A stretch of DNA of 64,000 nt from Candidatus Krumholzibacteriia bacterium (GCA_963836185.1 CAWIIQ010000001.1:2176001-2240000), one strand, 5' to 3'. Positions 48,684 to 59,112 are shown, counted from the first letter of the stretch. The notes: generated by a model from the sequence alone, not told the origin. Program-made: numbers and translations.

Positions 48684-49888
48684 TTCTTCCCCCCGAAATC
48701 GGTCGGCATGGTGTAGATGACTTCAAGGTACGGCCTCAGGGAGTCACCCGATGCCGAGTCATAGATCGCCAGGATCTGGATCCTCGAGGCCTCTAGGTCG
48801 GACTGCAGAACAAGGCCGTGATTTACTCTCGTTCCGTCAAGGATGTCGATCGTATACTGCCCAAGGGGTATCTTGATCTTCGCGTCGATATTGACAGGGA
48901 TCACGTTCGATGAGACACCTGTACCCTTCAGGATCGCGGGATCGTCCGGATCTGATGAGTCAGGCGTGTAGAGGTAATATGAAAAATCGGTAGTCGCCCC
49001 GAGAAGCTGTTCACCGTATGTAGCCCCGAGTCCCGATGATCCCTCGGTGTGAAAGACAAGGGACGAGTAGTGAAGAGACGCCAGCTCCGGGACCCCGGCC
49101 AGATCGAATTCAAAGAATAATCTGCGCGCGGTCCCCCCCGCCGCGGCCAGGGCCGTGATCTGGTCAGAGGTGACCGCGTAGTCCGAGATATCGGGAAGCC
49201 TCACTACTTCGCCTCCCTCGAATATCACCTTTATAAGGGGAGGGTTGGATCCATAGTTTCGCGAATACATCTCGATAAGGCCGAGCGTGTCGGGTTGATA
49301 GGCCCAGTTGATCGAGATCCCGTTCGCCCAGGGGTCCAAGGTCCCGTCGATCCATCCCTGAACGATCGTCTTGTCGATACTGAACTCTGTTCTCTCGAAA
49401 CTGATATCCCTTACAGTCTCTCCGTGAGCCCCGGGAATCGGATCGGGATCGTATGCCGGGGGCGAAGTGATCGTATCTTCCTCGGCAAATCCTTCCAGAA
49501 GTTCGTTGAAGGTCACTCCTAGATGAAACAGTGTGTCCTGAACGATGATCACAGGCAGGTCGAGGATCACCGAATCGACAGTCATCCCCTCAAAGTTGAC
49601 GAGGGAATCGTAACTGAACTGCATCAGCAGGGTCGTAAAGACCACACCCTGCGTCTCGCCGAGCTTCAGGGTCGAGCTCGCTCCCAGACCCATCGGGATC
49701 TCGATCATCGATACGCTGCGCAGCGTATCGATGTATCTCTCCGTATCCCCTGCCAGGGGGGAGTACCAGCCCGATTCGTGGAACGGCCTGGTGACCGGCC
49801 CCTCGGCATCGGTACCACAGCCGGCCGTCAATCCAAGGACACCGAAAGCGGCGACAATAACGTATGCAATATATATTCGTTTCATCAC
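48680..49888 (-). CDS. Hypothetical acidic beta-rich lipoprotein
   Basis: Lipobox TAGC; C-terminal RPYLEVIYT. Confidence 0.65.
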   Translation of the reverse strand: MMKRIYIAYVIVAAFGVLGLTAGCGTDAEGPVTRPFHESGWYSPLAGDTERYIDTLRSVSMIEIPMGLGASSTLKLGETQGVVFTTLLMQFSYDSLVNFEGMTVDSVILDLPVIIVQDTLFHLGVTFNELLEGFAEEDTITSPPAYDPDPIPGAHGETVRDISFERTEFSIDKTIVQGWIDGTLDPWANGISINWAYQPDTLGLIEMYSRNYGSNPPLIKVIFEGGEVVRLPDISDYAVTSDQITALAAAGGTARRLFFEFDLAGVPELASLHYSSLVFHTEGSSGLGATYGEQLLGATTDFSYYLYTPDSSDPDDPAILKGTGVSSNVIPVNIDAKIKIPLGQYTIDILDGTRVNHGLVLQSDLEASRIQILAIYDSASGDSLRPYLEVIYTMPTDFGGKK

Positions 49889-49993
49889 TTTTCCGTTCGG
49901 CCCCGCACCGCGGGGCGCCTGTGGAAGTTACATCAGCGGGTATGCCCCGTCAAGGCGGAATGCCCCGGCACGGCGTCGGCCACCGCCTTTAGA

Positions 49994-50821
49994 TCATCCC
50001 TTTTTACGCAGAACCGCTGTTACCGTTCCGGTAAAGAGTTCGCCGAGGCGGGGAATAGACGTCAGTGGACCGAGGACCCTGAATCGAGGCGGCTTGAGCT
50101 CTTCGAATACTGTCTCCAGCGAAGGAACGCCCTCAAGGATGCTCCGGTAGGACGCTACATCGATCCTGTTGTTCCCTGCCCGGTATTCAGCCATCATCCT
50201 CGCCGCATCTCCCGCCGGGTCACTGTTCCCCAGCCGCTGAAGAGAGAGTTCGAGGAGCTGTTCGAGCATCCTCTCGCTGTAAATAAGATGGCACCAGGGT
50301 GTATGGATATGGTCGTACAGATGGGATGCCAGGGGAGAGCCCCACGGGGTAAAGAAGAGAAAGACCAAGCCTCCGGCCCGGGTCACCCTTGCGAATTCCG
50401 CGAGGGCAGGCGCCGGCCTCGAGAAATGTTCCATCGAATCGTTCGCGATGACCAGGTCGAAAGAGCCTTCGAGAAAGGGAAGGTCGGCCGCGTCGCCAGT
50501 AACGACTTCTATCGGGCTGCCTCTCTTTATAGCGTAGCCCAGCGCGCCGGCAGCATGCACGGGATCGAGATCCACACCCGTCACCCCGGCACCGGCCTCG
50601 GCATAAGCGACCGATTTTCCGCCGAGGCCGCACCCGATATCGAGCACCCTCTTCCCCTCGAGGGCGCCGAACCATTCCGAATATTCTTCGAGAAGGGATT
50701 TCCCGATTCCGTATTCCCACTCGGAGTAGGCCTCGTGAGAATCCCTGCCGCCGACCCTCGGCCCGGGAAGGATCCGGTCGACGGCATATATCATCCTCGC
50801 TGCTGGTCCGGCCACTTTCAC
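49994..50821 (-). CDS. Class I SAM-dependent methyltransferase
   Basis: VLDIGCGLGG, GDAADLPF..SFDLV..MEH. Confidence 0.88.
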   Translation of the reverse strand: MKVAGPAARMIYAVDRILPGPRVGGRDSHEAYSEWEYGIGKSLLEEYSEWFGALEGKRVLDIGCGLGGKSVAYAEAGAGVTGVDLDPVHAAGALGYAIKRGSPIEVVTGDAADLPFLEGSFDLVIANDSMEHFSRPAPALAEFARVTRAGGLVFLFFTPWGSPLASHLYDHIHTPWCHLIYSERMLEQLLELSLQRLGNSDPAGDAARMMAEYRAGNNRIDVASYRSILEGVPSLETVFEELKPPRFRVLGPLTSIPRLGELFTGTVTAVLRKKG

Positions 50822-50842
50822 ATCCCTCTTGTCGTCCCGGCC

Positions 50843-52813
50843 CTAAGCGGCCCTCTTCGAATCCCAGTAGACATAGAAGCAGAGGCCCGCGAAGAGGATC
50901 ACGCTGAGGACCTCTCCGAAAGCGGTCTCACCAAGCCCCGTATGGAGTATCGTGTCCCATTCAAAGAACGCGATCAGCGCGCTCACGACTCCCATAAGTG
51001 CGCCGCCCGCGATGAATCCCGAAGCAATGAGCGTACCGCGCTCCTTCCGCCTGTTGCTGATCTCGGAATCGCTGCTGCTGTTGATGACGAAGTGGGATAC
51101 GAGTCCGCCGATGAGGATCGGTGTGTTGAGCTCTATCGGCAGGTACATACCGAGAGCGAATGCCAGGGGCGATATCTTCAGGAACTCGAGGATCAACGCC
51201 ATGAATCCGCCGGCGATGTATAGACCCCACGGTGCGCTGGCGTCCGACATCAGCGTCTTGATGACCGCCGCCATCGCGTTTGCCTGCGGGGCGGCCAGCT
51301 TACTGTCGACCCCGAAGCCGTAGACCTTGTTCAGCAGCAGGATCACTCCGGTCACACTCGCCGACGCGACGAGGATGCCGAGGAACTTGTATGTCTCCTG
51401 CTTCTTCGGCGTCGAACCGAGCCAGTAGCCGACCTTCAGATCGCTGATAAAAGCCCCGGCAGTCGAAAGAGCCGTGCAGACGACCCCTCCTATGATCAGC
51501 GCGGCCACCATCCCCGAAGGTCCCGACAGACCCGCCTTCACCAGAACGATGCTGGAGAGGATCAGGGTCATGAGGGTCATACCGGAGACAGGATTCATTC
51601 CGACGATAGCGATCGCCCTGGCAGCGACGGTCGTAAAGAGAAAGCTGATCACCGTCACCACGACGAGTGAGATCAGAGCCATGCTCCACGAATCGACCAC
51701 TCCAAATCCGAAGAAGAGAAGAACGGCGATAAGAGTCACGGTCAGCAGAAAAACGACCGACGACATAGGCATGTCTGTATCGACCCGCTCGGTCTCCTCC
51801 ACGGTATGCCCCTTGCCGGCAAACATCTGCTTGATGCCTACGCTGAACGAGGAGACGATGATCTTGATGTTCTTGATGATCCCGATGATACCTGCGACGG
51901 CGATACCACCGATACCGATATGCCGTACATAGTTCGTAAAAATGAGCTCGGGGGTCATCTCGGCGATCGGCACCTCGCCCGGCGCCAGAGGCATTCCAAT
52001 ATGCTGCCCGAAATAATAGATCGCAGGTATGAAGACAAGCCACGACAGGAAGCTTCCCGCGGCGATTATCGTCGCATAGCGGAGACCGATGATATATCCG
52101 AGCCCCATCACCGCGGCTCCCGCGTTAACCTTTACGACGAGCTTGGCCTTGTCGGCCACGGTCGCCAGCGGCGGCAGGACCCGCGTCGATATCACCTCGC
52201 GCCAGAGCCCGAAAGTGGCGATGCAGAAATCGTAAAGCCCCGCGATGACCGCAGCCTTTATCAGGACCTTGGCCTGATCCCCGCCGGCTTCGCCGGTGAC
52301 CAGCACCTCAGTGATCGCCGTTCCCTCGGGGAAAGGCAGGTGCCCGTGCTGATCCTTGACGAAGTAGCGCCGCAGCGGGACGATGAAGAGTATTCCGAGG
52401 AATCCACCAAGCATGGCGGCGACGAATGTCTGGTAGTATTTCAGCTCGAGGTCGAGGATAAAGATAGCGGGCAGAGTGAATATCATCCCAGCCACGACTA
52501 CTCCGGACGCTGAGCCGATCGACTGGATGATCACGTTCTCAAGTATTGTCGAGCGCCTGGCAAACAACCCTCCGATTCCAACGGCGAGGATCGAGATCGG
52601 AATCGCCGCCTCGAATACCTGGCCGATCTTCAGGCCGAGATAGGCCGCAGCAGCAGTAAAGAGAACCGCCATAAAGAGGCCGATCGTTACCGACCTGGTC
52701 GTTATCTCGGGGATCGTGCCGTCAGTGGGAACGTAAGGAATATACTTCTCGCCCGGTTCGAGTACCTGGTAGGCATTCGCCGGGAGTTTGCCGGTGCCCT
52801 TGCTCTGCTCCAT
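50843..52813 (-). CDS. OPT-family oligopeptide transporter
   Basis: YLGLKIGQVFEAAIP, ENVIIQSIGS, FPEGTA, NPVSGMTL, DLKVG, APQANAM. Confidence 0.93.
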   Translation of the reverse strand: MEQSKGTGKLPANAYQVLEPGEKYIPYVPTDGTIPEITTRSVTIGLFMAVLFTAAAAYLGLKIGQVFEAAIPISILAVGIGGLFARRSTILENVIIQSIGSASGVVVAGMIFTLPAIFILDLELKYYQTFVAAMLGGFLGILFIVPLRRYFVKDQHGHLPFPEGTAITEVLVTGEAGGDQAKVLIKAAVIAGLYDFCIATFGLWREVISTRVLPPLATVADKAKLVVKVNAGAAVMGLGYIIGLRYATIIAAGSFLSWLVFIPAIYYFGQHIGMPLAPGEVPIAEMTPELIFTNYVRHIGIGGIAVAGIIGIIKNIKIIVSSFSVGIKQMFAGKGHTVEETERVDTDMPMSSVVFLLTVTLIAVLLFFGFGVVDSWSMALISLVVVTVISFLFTTVAARAIAIVGMNPVSGMTLMTLILSSIVLVKAGLSGPSGMVAALIIGGVVCTALSTAGAFISDLKVGYWLGSTPKKQETYKFLGILVASASVTGVILLLNKVYGFGVDSKLAAPQANAMAAVIKTLMSDASAPWGLYIAGGFMALILEFLKISPLAFALGMYLPIELNTPILIGGLVSHFVINSSSDSEISNRRKERGTLIASGFIAGGALMGVVSALIAFFEWDTILHTGLGETAFGEVLSVILFAGLCFYVYWDSKRAA

Positions 52814-52914
52814 TGCTCCTCCTTGCCTGTCTGATATATCTCAAAGAGCGTAAAAGAATTGGATTTCGGGGATTCTAGCATAGAAAAAAGAAGCTGTGTC
52901 AAATAATAAAAGAA

Positions 52915-52939
52915 AGGGAGCGGCCGGCGGCCGCTCCCT
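52915..52939 (-). terminator. Intrinsic terminator of the aminopeptidase gene
   Basis: AGGGAGCGGCC-N3-GGCCGCTCCCT followed by a U-rich tract on the minus strand. Confidence 0.75.
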
Positions 52940-52988
52940 GCAGGCGGATATGTCCTGTCCGCCGTCTCCTGATCCCTTGTCGATATCC

Positions 52989-53933
52989 CTACTTCAGCAG
53001 GAACTTTCCGTCCTTAATTATCGTCGTCTTCCCGGCTTTCAGCGTGACCTTCTCCACGAGGGCGTCGAAGTGCCACTTGCTCTTGTTCTTGCCGAGCCCG
53101 TAGCTGTCGCCGATCGCGAAATGGACCGTGCCGAAGGCCTTCTCCGCCTCGAGCATGTTCTTGCAGATCTTGGCGCCCTTGTTGGTGCCGACGCCGAATT
53201 CACCTACTATGTATCCCGTCTTGTCCTTGCCGATCTGCTTGATGATCTGGGAGATACCATTGCCCTTGAAGTCGACGAGTTTGCCTTTCTCGAATATCAT
53301 CGTGCCGCGGCCGATCTTGTCGTCGATCAGGCTGATGACGAGCTTTCCCGTGAAGGTGCTCTCCACGGGGCATGTATAGCACTCACCGGCGGGAAGATTG
53401 CCGTGATTGCCCATCTTGCTGATATCGCCGTTGTCGGGCTCCCACTTGCGGCCCTTCACGCTGAATGTGATATCGGTGCCCAGCTTGTTGGTCACACGGA
53501 CCTCTGTCTTGTCCTTGAGAGCGCGTATCGTTTTCTTCGTAAGCTGGTCGAGCTTCTTGAAGTCGATATTGACGAGTCTCTCCATCATGCTGACCGTAAT
53601 GCCCGGCATCATGCAGATGCGGCCACCCTTGCCGCCATGCTCCACCATGTAGCCGCGGAAAGGTTTCTCCGCGACCCTGGCGTCGAGCATGTAGACAGAG
53701 ACGTCGGCTTTCTTCATCATAAGCTTGAATATCTCGGTCGGAGCCGTTATCGGCCTGAGTGTCTCGGTCATCAGGTAGGTAGTGACCTCCGCCCCCTTCT
53801 TCCTGCCCCAGTATGCGAGGGCCTCGGCGATCTTCATCTTCTGGCGATCGGTCACGATAAGGAAATTCTCGCCCTTCTTGACCTTGAGGGAGCCGGTGAC
53901 GGCCTGCTTCGCGGCGCTCATCAGCTTATCCAT
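52989..53933 (-). CDS. Aminopeptidase (M29/aminopeptidase T-like)
   Basis: NLPAGECY, GEFGVGTN, EK..GTVHFAIG, HFD. Confidence 0.82.
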   Translation of the reverse strand: MDKLMSAAKQAVTGSLKVKKGENFLIVTDRQKMKIAEALAYWGRKKGAEVTTYLMTETLRPITAPTEIFKLMMKKADVSVYMLDARVAEKPFRGYMVEHGGKGGRICMMPGITVSMMERLVNIDFKKLDQLTKKTIRALKDKTEVRVTNKLGTDITFSVKGRKWEPDNGDISKMGNHGNLPAGECYTCPVESTFTGKLVISLIDDKIGRGTMIFEKGKLVDFKGNGISQIIKQIGKDKTGYIVGEFGVGTNKGAKICKNMLEAEKAFGTVHFAIGDSYGLGKNKSKWHFDALVEKVTLKAGKTTIIKDGKFLLK

Positions 53934-54086
53934 CTGCCTGCCTCCTTTGCTGCCTTCCGGCTGCATCCAGTACCATCGAATTTTTATATCCATCCCGAGC
54001 GAACCGGGAGTCCGGCTCAGCACGGACTGACATGATAAGCATATTAGCCGATGGAGGTCAATATGGAGAATTCATCCCCGCCGGGA

Positions 54087-56417
54087 TCATCTGAGAAGCA
54101 CCGTCTTGCGCGAAAAGGACCTGGGGCCGACCGTAAGCCGCATGAAATAGATACCGCTGGCAGCCTTTCCGCCTCCGGAGACGGTTCCATTCCACGTAAC
54201 CGAGTACGAACCAGCCTCCCTGAAGCCGTCCTCGAGGACAGAGATTCTTCTGCCGGATACATCGAACACCTCGAGCCGCACAGCAGCACGCCCCGTGGAA
54301 GAAACATCACCTTCTCCGACGGTGAACCTGACAGTGGTCAGCGGATTGAACGGATTGGGATAGATACTTTCCATACTTGAACGTACGGCCGGGACCTCTT
54401 CAGCGCCGGTGACGTCTGAAACGTCGTGGTACCAGAGGTGACTCCAGGAACTGGTGTGTCCCTCGGCGTCAATAGCTCTTACCTGGTATGAGTAGCTGTC
54501 GATGCCTGTCGCTTCCCTGATGAGGAAAGTGTCGGGATAAGCGCCGGCGATAATGGACTTCGCGCTGCAGGAAGGAACGGGTGAGATATTGTCGATATAG
54601 ATCCCCTCCTCGTTCACGTACGAATCCGTACTGTAGGCGAACCTGAGGAGCGCGACTATGCCGGGCTCAGGCTCCACGAACGGCCCGACGAAGAACTGCG
54701 CCGTTATCCATCCGCCCGAGAATCCGGTTATGCCGTGCCCCCGGTTGTTGCCGTTCGGATCGGCAGTAGTCGTAACGTCTCCCGAGCAGGTCTCCCAGGT
54801 GAATCCCCCGTCGAGACTTATCTCGACGTAAGCGTAGTCCCAGCCCTCCTCGATATCGTACCAGAGGTCGCACTGGAAAGACTGGCCGAGGAGCTGGAAG
54901 GAATAAGGCTCGAACAGGGTCATCGTATATTCTTTTCCATCCTCGCGTCCCGAGTAGTAGCTCTCCGGTGAAGAAGAGTACCTGGCGGAACTGACTGTGA
55001 ATCCATCGAGTTCCCATACCGTTCCCGAACCCGAACCTGAATCGCTCGAAGCGGTGTAGCCGATATACTCGAGGAGGTCCCACGCGACCGCCGGATTCGG
55101 ATCTCCCGCTTCGGGCCCCGACCAGGAAATGAGGTGGTGAGGATCGGCCAGATCGGTCACGTTTATGATATCTGAAGGGAACGGGCCGAGGACCGAGTAG
55201 GGATCATCAGCCCTGCTCAGCATTGTGAAGTTCAGCCCGAGGACCTTCTCGAAGGTCGGCGCGATGAGTGAGTCGGACGGCCCGAATCCTCCTTCGGCGT
55301 ATGTATTGAGTTCGACCGTGTAACTGAATATCCTGTTCTTCGACGACGTCTCCCCGTACATCCAGTCGTCCGAATCGCCGTTTACAGGATAGAGGATATT
55401 CGTCGCCGTACACCCGACATAGTAGTCGTTGCCCCTGCTCAGGGAATCGCCGAGGACCGTGAACATCTCATGATCATCCGTAAAAAGTGCGGCATATCCC
55501 CATGGATGGATAAGGAGCTCGCCGTATGAATGGTACGAGAGGGCCACAGAAAACTCTCTCGAGTTGCAGAAATCCCTAACGGCCTGCGTCTCCGGCTCAC
55601 TGAACGCCGAGGGGCCCCTGTAAAGGCCGTTCGCCGGATCTGGAGAGCTGCCGGCATCATCGTATCCCCACTCGTAACCGTAGTTCCGGTTGAGGTCGAC
55701 ACCTATGCTGCCGTCGCCGTTGATCCGCCGGTTCTTCCTCCACCAGTTCCACCAGTCATCGGTGTGATTGTACTGGACGTAGACGTGCCCGTCGGGATTG
55801 ATCATCGGCGCGATCCATATCTCCCGGCTGTCGACCATCGAGGTGACGAACGGACTGACCTGGTAGTTCGAGAGGAGATATTGCGCGAATCTCAGCGGCA
55901 CGTCGACCGACATAAGTTCACGGGCATGATGGCAGCCGACTATCAGGACTTCCGTCTCGCTTTCATCGATGGCGGCGTTGTCCGAGATCTTCAGCGCTAC
56001 TATCACCCTTCCCTCGTGCGTCGTCCCGATCGTGTCGAGCATCGTCAGGGCTGGGTGATCGAGGACCATCTGTTCGAGCGCCGCAAGCATCTCATCGTAT
56101 GTATGATAGAGTCCGAGATTTTCATCGAGGTCGGCAGCCGCTCCGAGCATCGGCCGGGCGAGGATATCGACACGCAGCGATCCGGATCTGAGCCAGTCGA
56201 GCTGCTCCTCCGTTACGGCCATGTCATAGGTACCGTCCCGGTTGGCCGAAAGCACATCGATCCCCCGGTCAGTAAGGTCGCTTAATCCGGCTCCTTTCGG
56301 CACCCGCGCCCTGACGAGTGTTGTAGCGCCGTCCGCGGCAGCCATGTCCGCGCCAGCCATGTCCGCGCCAGTGATCAGCAGTATGAACATGATTACCAAG
56401 CAGCGCCGGATATTCAT
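54087..56417 (-). CDS. Secreted M14 zinc carboxypeptidase with InhA-like domain and C-terminal FlgD-Ig/T9SS-like domain
   Basis: HHARE, NPDG, WRKNR, DLNRNY, FSEPET, YHSY; WYDIEEGWDY; YPNPFNP..VFDVSGRRI..W.G..ASGIYF. Confidence 0.9.
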   Translation of the reverse strand: MNIRRCLVIMFILLITGADMAGADMAAADGATTLVRARVPKGAGLSDLTDRGIDVLSANRDGTYDMAVTEEQLDWLRSGSLRVDILARPMLGAAADLDENLGLYHTYDEMLAALEQMVLDHPALTMLDTIGTTHEGRVIVALKISDNAAIDESETEVLIVGCHHARELMSVDVPLRFAQYLLSNYQVSPFVTSMVDSREIWIAPMINPDGHVYVQYNHTDDWWNWWRKNRRINGDGSIGVDLNRNYGYEWGYDDAGSSPDPANGLYRGPSAFSEPETQAVRDFCNSREFSVALSYHSYGELLIHPWGYAALFTDDHEMFTVLGDSLSRGNDYYVGCTATNILYPVNGDSDDWMYGETSSKNRIFSYTVELNTYAEGGFGPSDSLIAPTFEKVLGLNFTMLSRADDPYSVLGPFPSDIINVTDLADPHHLISWSGPEAGDPNPAVAWDLLEYIGYTASSDSGSGSGTVWELDGFTVSSARYSSSPESYYSGREDGKEYTMTLFEPYSFQLLGQSFQCDLWYDIEEGWDYAYVEISLDGGFTWETCSGDVTTTADPNGNNRGHGITGFSGGWITAQFFVGPFVEPEPGIVALLRFAYSTDSYVNEEGIYIDNISPVPSCSAKSIIAGAYPDTFLIREATGIDSYSYQVRAIDAEGHTSSWSHLWYHDVSDVTGAEEVPAVRSSMESIYPNPFNPLTTVRFTVGEGDVSSTGRAAVRLEVFDVSGRRISVLEDGFREAGSYSVTWNGTVSGGGKAASGIYFMRLTVGPRSFSRKTVLLR

Positions 56418-57445
56418 CGGTCTTCCTCCGGTAGTGTCTTTTCTGGATTCTCTTCAGCCGCCTTTTCCTCTCTGACCGCTGCCTTGAGGCCGGAAAAAGA
56501 TATGCCCTCCCTGGCAAGGCAGAATAGCCCGGCAGCTGTCATGGGGATGAACGTTCCCGCGTGATAGACTATCGATATGCTCAGCGCCTCCGACTCTTTC
56601 ACCCCGAACAGGCCGAGGCCGATGACGAAGCAGTACTGAACTGTGCCGACAAACCCGGGCGCCGACGGAATCATTATCCCGAATGTCACGATGATAAATA
56701 CTGTGAGCGTTGCCATAAAGGAGGTCTCGAGTCCGAACGACCTTATCACCAGATGCATTACGATAATATTTGGAAGCCATACAAGAAACGAGAGCAGCCC
56801 GGCGGCGGCTATGTCGCGGGGGCGCTTCAGCACCGTCAGGCCCTCCATGAACGAAGTGAGCAGTTTATCCACTTTCGCCGCCGCCCCGGCGGGAAGACGA
56901 AAGGTAAGTGCCTTGACAACAGCAAACGTCCTCGCACGATTGAAACGCAGCATGGCAAGAAAGACGATCGCCAGTATGTAAAAAGAGACCGCGACATATG
57001 CCACTTTCGTCATGGAAGCGGGTATGGACAAGTTGCCGAAGAGAAGAACGATGACTAGAAAGAATATTACCGTAAAGCCGTCGAACACACGTTCGACGAC
57101 GATGGTCGCGAAAGAAGCGGTCTTGCTGATCCCCGCCTTCTCACCTACGACCCAGGCCCTCGCGATCTCACCCAGCCTGGCGGGCAGAAGGTTGTTCGCC
57201 ATGAGCCCTATAGCCGATGCTGAGAAGAGGTGAATGAACTCCACCTCTTTTATGGATCTCAGCAGATAACGCCACCTCAGAGACCTGAATGCGACACTGA
57301 GCAGCATGAGAAAGAAGGACGGCACGAGCCATATATACTCGGCGCGTCTGAGAGATTCCGCGAGAAGGCTGAAATCCACCTTGCGGAAAGCAAGGTAGAG
57401 AAAAACCGCGCTGATCAGAAGGCCGAAAATCGTCCTCTTTTTCAA
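56414..57445 (-). CDS. Lysylphosphatidylglycerol-synthase TM domain / flippase-like membrane protein
   Basis: RSLRW, NNLLPARLGEIAR, VVERVFD, PSAPGFVG. Confidence 0.87.
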   Translation of the reverse strand: MKKRTIFGLLISAVFLYLAFRKVDFSLLAESLRRAEYIWLVPSFFLMLLSVAFRSLRWRYLLRSIKEVEFIHLFSASAIGLMANNLLPARLGEIARAWVVGEKAGISKTASFATIVVERVFDGFTVIFFLVIVLLFGNLSIPASMTKVAYVAVSFYILAIVFLAMLRFNRARTFAVVKALTFRLPAGAAAKVDKLLTSFMEGLTVLKRPRDIAAAGLLSFLVWLPNIIVMHLVIRSFGLETSFMATLTVFIIVTFGIMIPSAPGFVGTVQYCFVIGLGLFGVKESEALSISIVYHAGTFIPMTAAGLFCLAREGISFSGLKAAVREEKAAEENPEKTLPEEDR

Positions 57446-57840
57446 GGATTTCCTCCGGGCGGCCCGGCGCCGTCATTATCTCCCTCGATCGATCTCAGTT
57501 TCTCATCGAGCATGGCGTTATGGACGCCGAGGTTGTTGATCTTCCTCTTCAGCTCGGATATGACGACCGAAAAATAGAGCAGAAGGAGAAAAACGCCTGT
57601 CAACAGGATGATAAAGAGCGCGGCGGGCGGATACAGGATCCCGAAGAAGGCCGAGATACGCCCAAGCAGTCCGCCGAATATCGCGATTCCCGTGAAGACC
57701 GCGAATATACCCAGCCAGAGGATCGAATACTCCACGAGCAGCTTCTTCCGGCGAATCAGCCAGATGAGAGTCACAAGCAGCGCTACTGCTCCTAGCACAC
57801 TGAAGAACTGGACTCTGGTCAGGTAGTAGATATGGTTCAA
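57442..57840 (-). CDS. DUF2304 family membrane protein
   Basis: IRRKKL..EYSILWL, GILYPP..LF; downstream of GT2. Confidence 0.82.
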   Translation of the reverse strand: MNHIYYLTRVQFFSVLGAVALLVTLIWLIRRKKLLVEYSILWLGIFAVFTGIAIFGGLLGRISAFFGILYPPAALFIILLTGVFLLLLYFSVVISELKRKINNLGVHNAMLDEKLRSIEGDNDGAGPPGGNP

Positions 57841-58538
57841 TTCTTTCCTCCGATCATATACTTGATGAATATAGTGAGAAGGACCTTTACGAGGAAATAG
57901 TAAGTATTCAGCGCCCCTATCGAGGATACGCCCGCCTCGCGGCTTCGCATCTCCACAGGCACCTCTATCACCTCGCGACCTCCCCTTGTAAGATAATAGA
58001 TCTCTTCCGGTTCAGGATAGTCTGATGGATAGTCCTTCACCAGATATTCGACCGTACCGCGCCGGTAAGCGCGAAACCCTGATGTATTATCGCTGAATCT
58101 TTTTCCCAGTATCAGGACACTCATTTTCTCGAGCAGCTTGATCCCCAGCATCCGTGTTCTCGATGAATATGCGGCATCTTTCGTGATGTACCTCGATCCG
58201 ATGACGGCATCGATCCCTTCTTCCTGTACAGCGGAGACCAGTTTCACCGCTTCTGAAGGGGGATGCTGCCCGTCGCCGTCCAGCCGAACGACGAAATCGT
58301 ACCCGTTTTCAAGAAAAAATGTGAATCCCGATAAAACGGCTCCCCCGATGCCCATGTTGAAAGGGAGGTCGAGATAGATGATCCCTTCTTCGGAGGCCAG
58401 AATCTCTTTCGTTCGATCGGTCGAACAATCGTTGATTATGAGGATATCCGCCTCGGGCAATTCGGCCCTTACGCCCTTGACCAGTTTCCCGATATTGCCT
58501 TCCTCGTTATACGCGGGGACCAGGACCAGAAGTCGCAT
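57837..58538 (-). CDS. Glycosyltransferase family 2 (polyprenol-phosphate glycosyltransferase-like)
   Basis: VPAYNEE, INDCSTD, DGDGQH, SGFRA, DYPEPE. Confidence 0.9.
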   Translation of the reverse strand: MRLLVLVPAYNEEGNIGKLVKGVRAELPEADILIINDCSTDRTKEILASEEGIIYLDLPFNMGIGGAVLSGFTFFLENGYDFVVRLDGDGQHPPSEAVKLVSAVQEEGIDAVIGSRYITKDAAYSSRTRMLGIKLLEKMSVLILGKRFSDNTSGFRAYRRGTVEYLVKDYPSDYPEPEEIYYLTRGGREVIEVPVEMRSREAGVSSIGALNTYYFLVKVLLTIFIKYMIGGKN

Positions 58539-58784
58539 CCGGTGTGACCTTTCGATTCAAAGCTCCCGGGCCTCAGGCGGTCCCGGATCTTCATATAGAT
58601 TATAATTCTATCACCGCGATCCCATCAATGTCAATAACGCCTTGTCTTTCTTGGATTTATAAAACGCGCCGTGAGTCGTTCACCTTTCATGCTCCTCCAA
58701 GGGCTTGATTTTAGCTTCGCGAGAATATAGATTGTTCTGACCGGCTGAAGCAGAGAATGGATGACAGACTGGAGCTGAACGAAT

Positions 58785-59057
58785 ATGCCGACATATACAT
58801 ATGAATGCGAAAAATGCTCCCATATCTTCGAGATCGACCAGAAGATATCGGATCCTCCCCGCAAGCGCTGCCCCGAGTGCCGCGGCAAGATATTCCGCGT
58901 GATACACCCGGTCGGCCATATCCTGAAGGGATCGGGATTCTACAGGACCGATTACCGCGGCGATGACTATTCGAAACAGAAACTCGCCGAGGAGAAGCCG
59001 GCCCCTTCCTCCCCCGCATGCGACGGATGTTCCAAAAAGAAGGACTGCGGCGCCTGA
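58785..59057 (+). CDS. FmdB-family zinc-ribbon protein
   Basis: MPTYTYECEKC, CPEC, KGSGFYRTDY. Confidence 0.9.
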   Translation: MPTYTYECEKCSHIFEIDQKISDPPRKRCPECRGKIFRVIHPVGHILKGSGFYRTDYRGDDYSKQKLAEEKPAPSSPACDGCSKKKDCGA

Positions 59058-59082
59058 TAAATAACTGATACGCTTGAAATAT

Positions 59083-59112
59083 AAAGAGCCTTCCCGGATG
59101 GGAAGGCTCTTT
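59083..59112. terminator. Bidirectional intrinsic terminator
   Basis: AAAGAGCCTTCCC-GGAT-GGGAAGGCTCTTT between convergent genes. Confidence 0.85.

Noticed and set aside
49523-51223. Long plus-strand ORFs antisense to real genes (also 1431-2438, 5153-6160, 13739-15025, 52896-54035)
   Set aside because: Shadow ORFs expected from GC-rich codon bias; they have no recognisable motifs and overlap well-supported minus-strand genes.
56339-56371. 15-bp tandem duplication (GADMA x2) after the M14 signal peptide
   Set aside because: A simple in-frame slippage in a non-conserved linker; no evidence of function.
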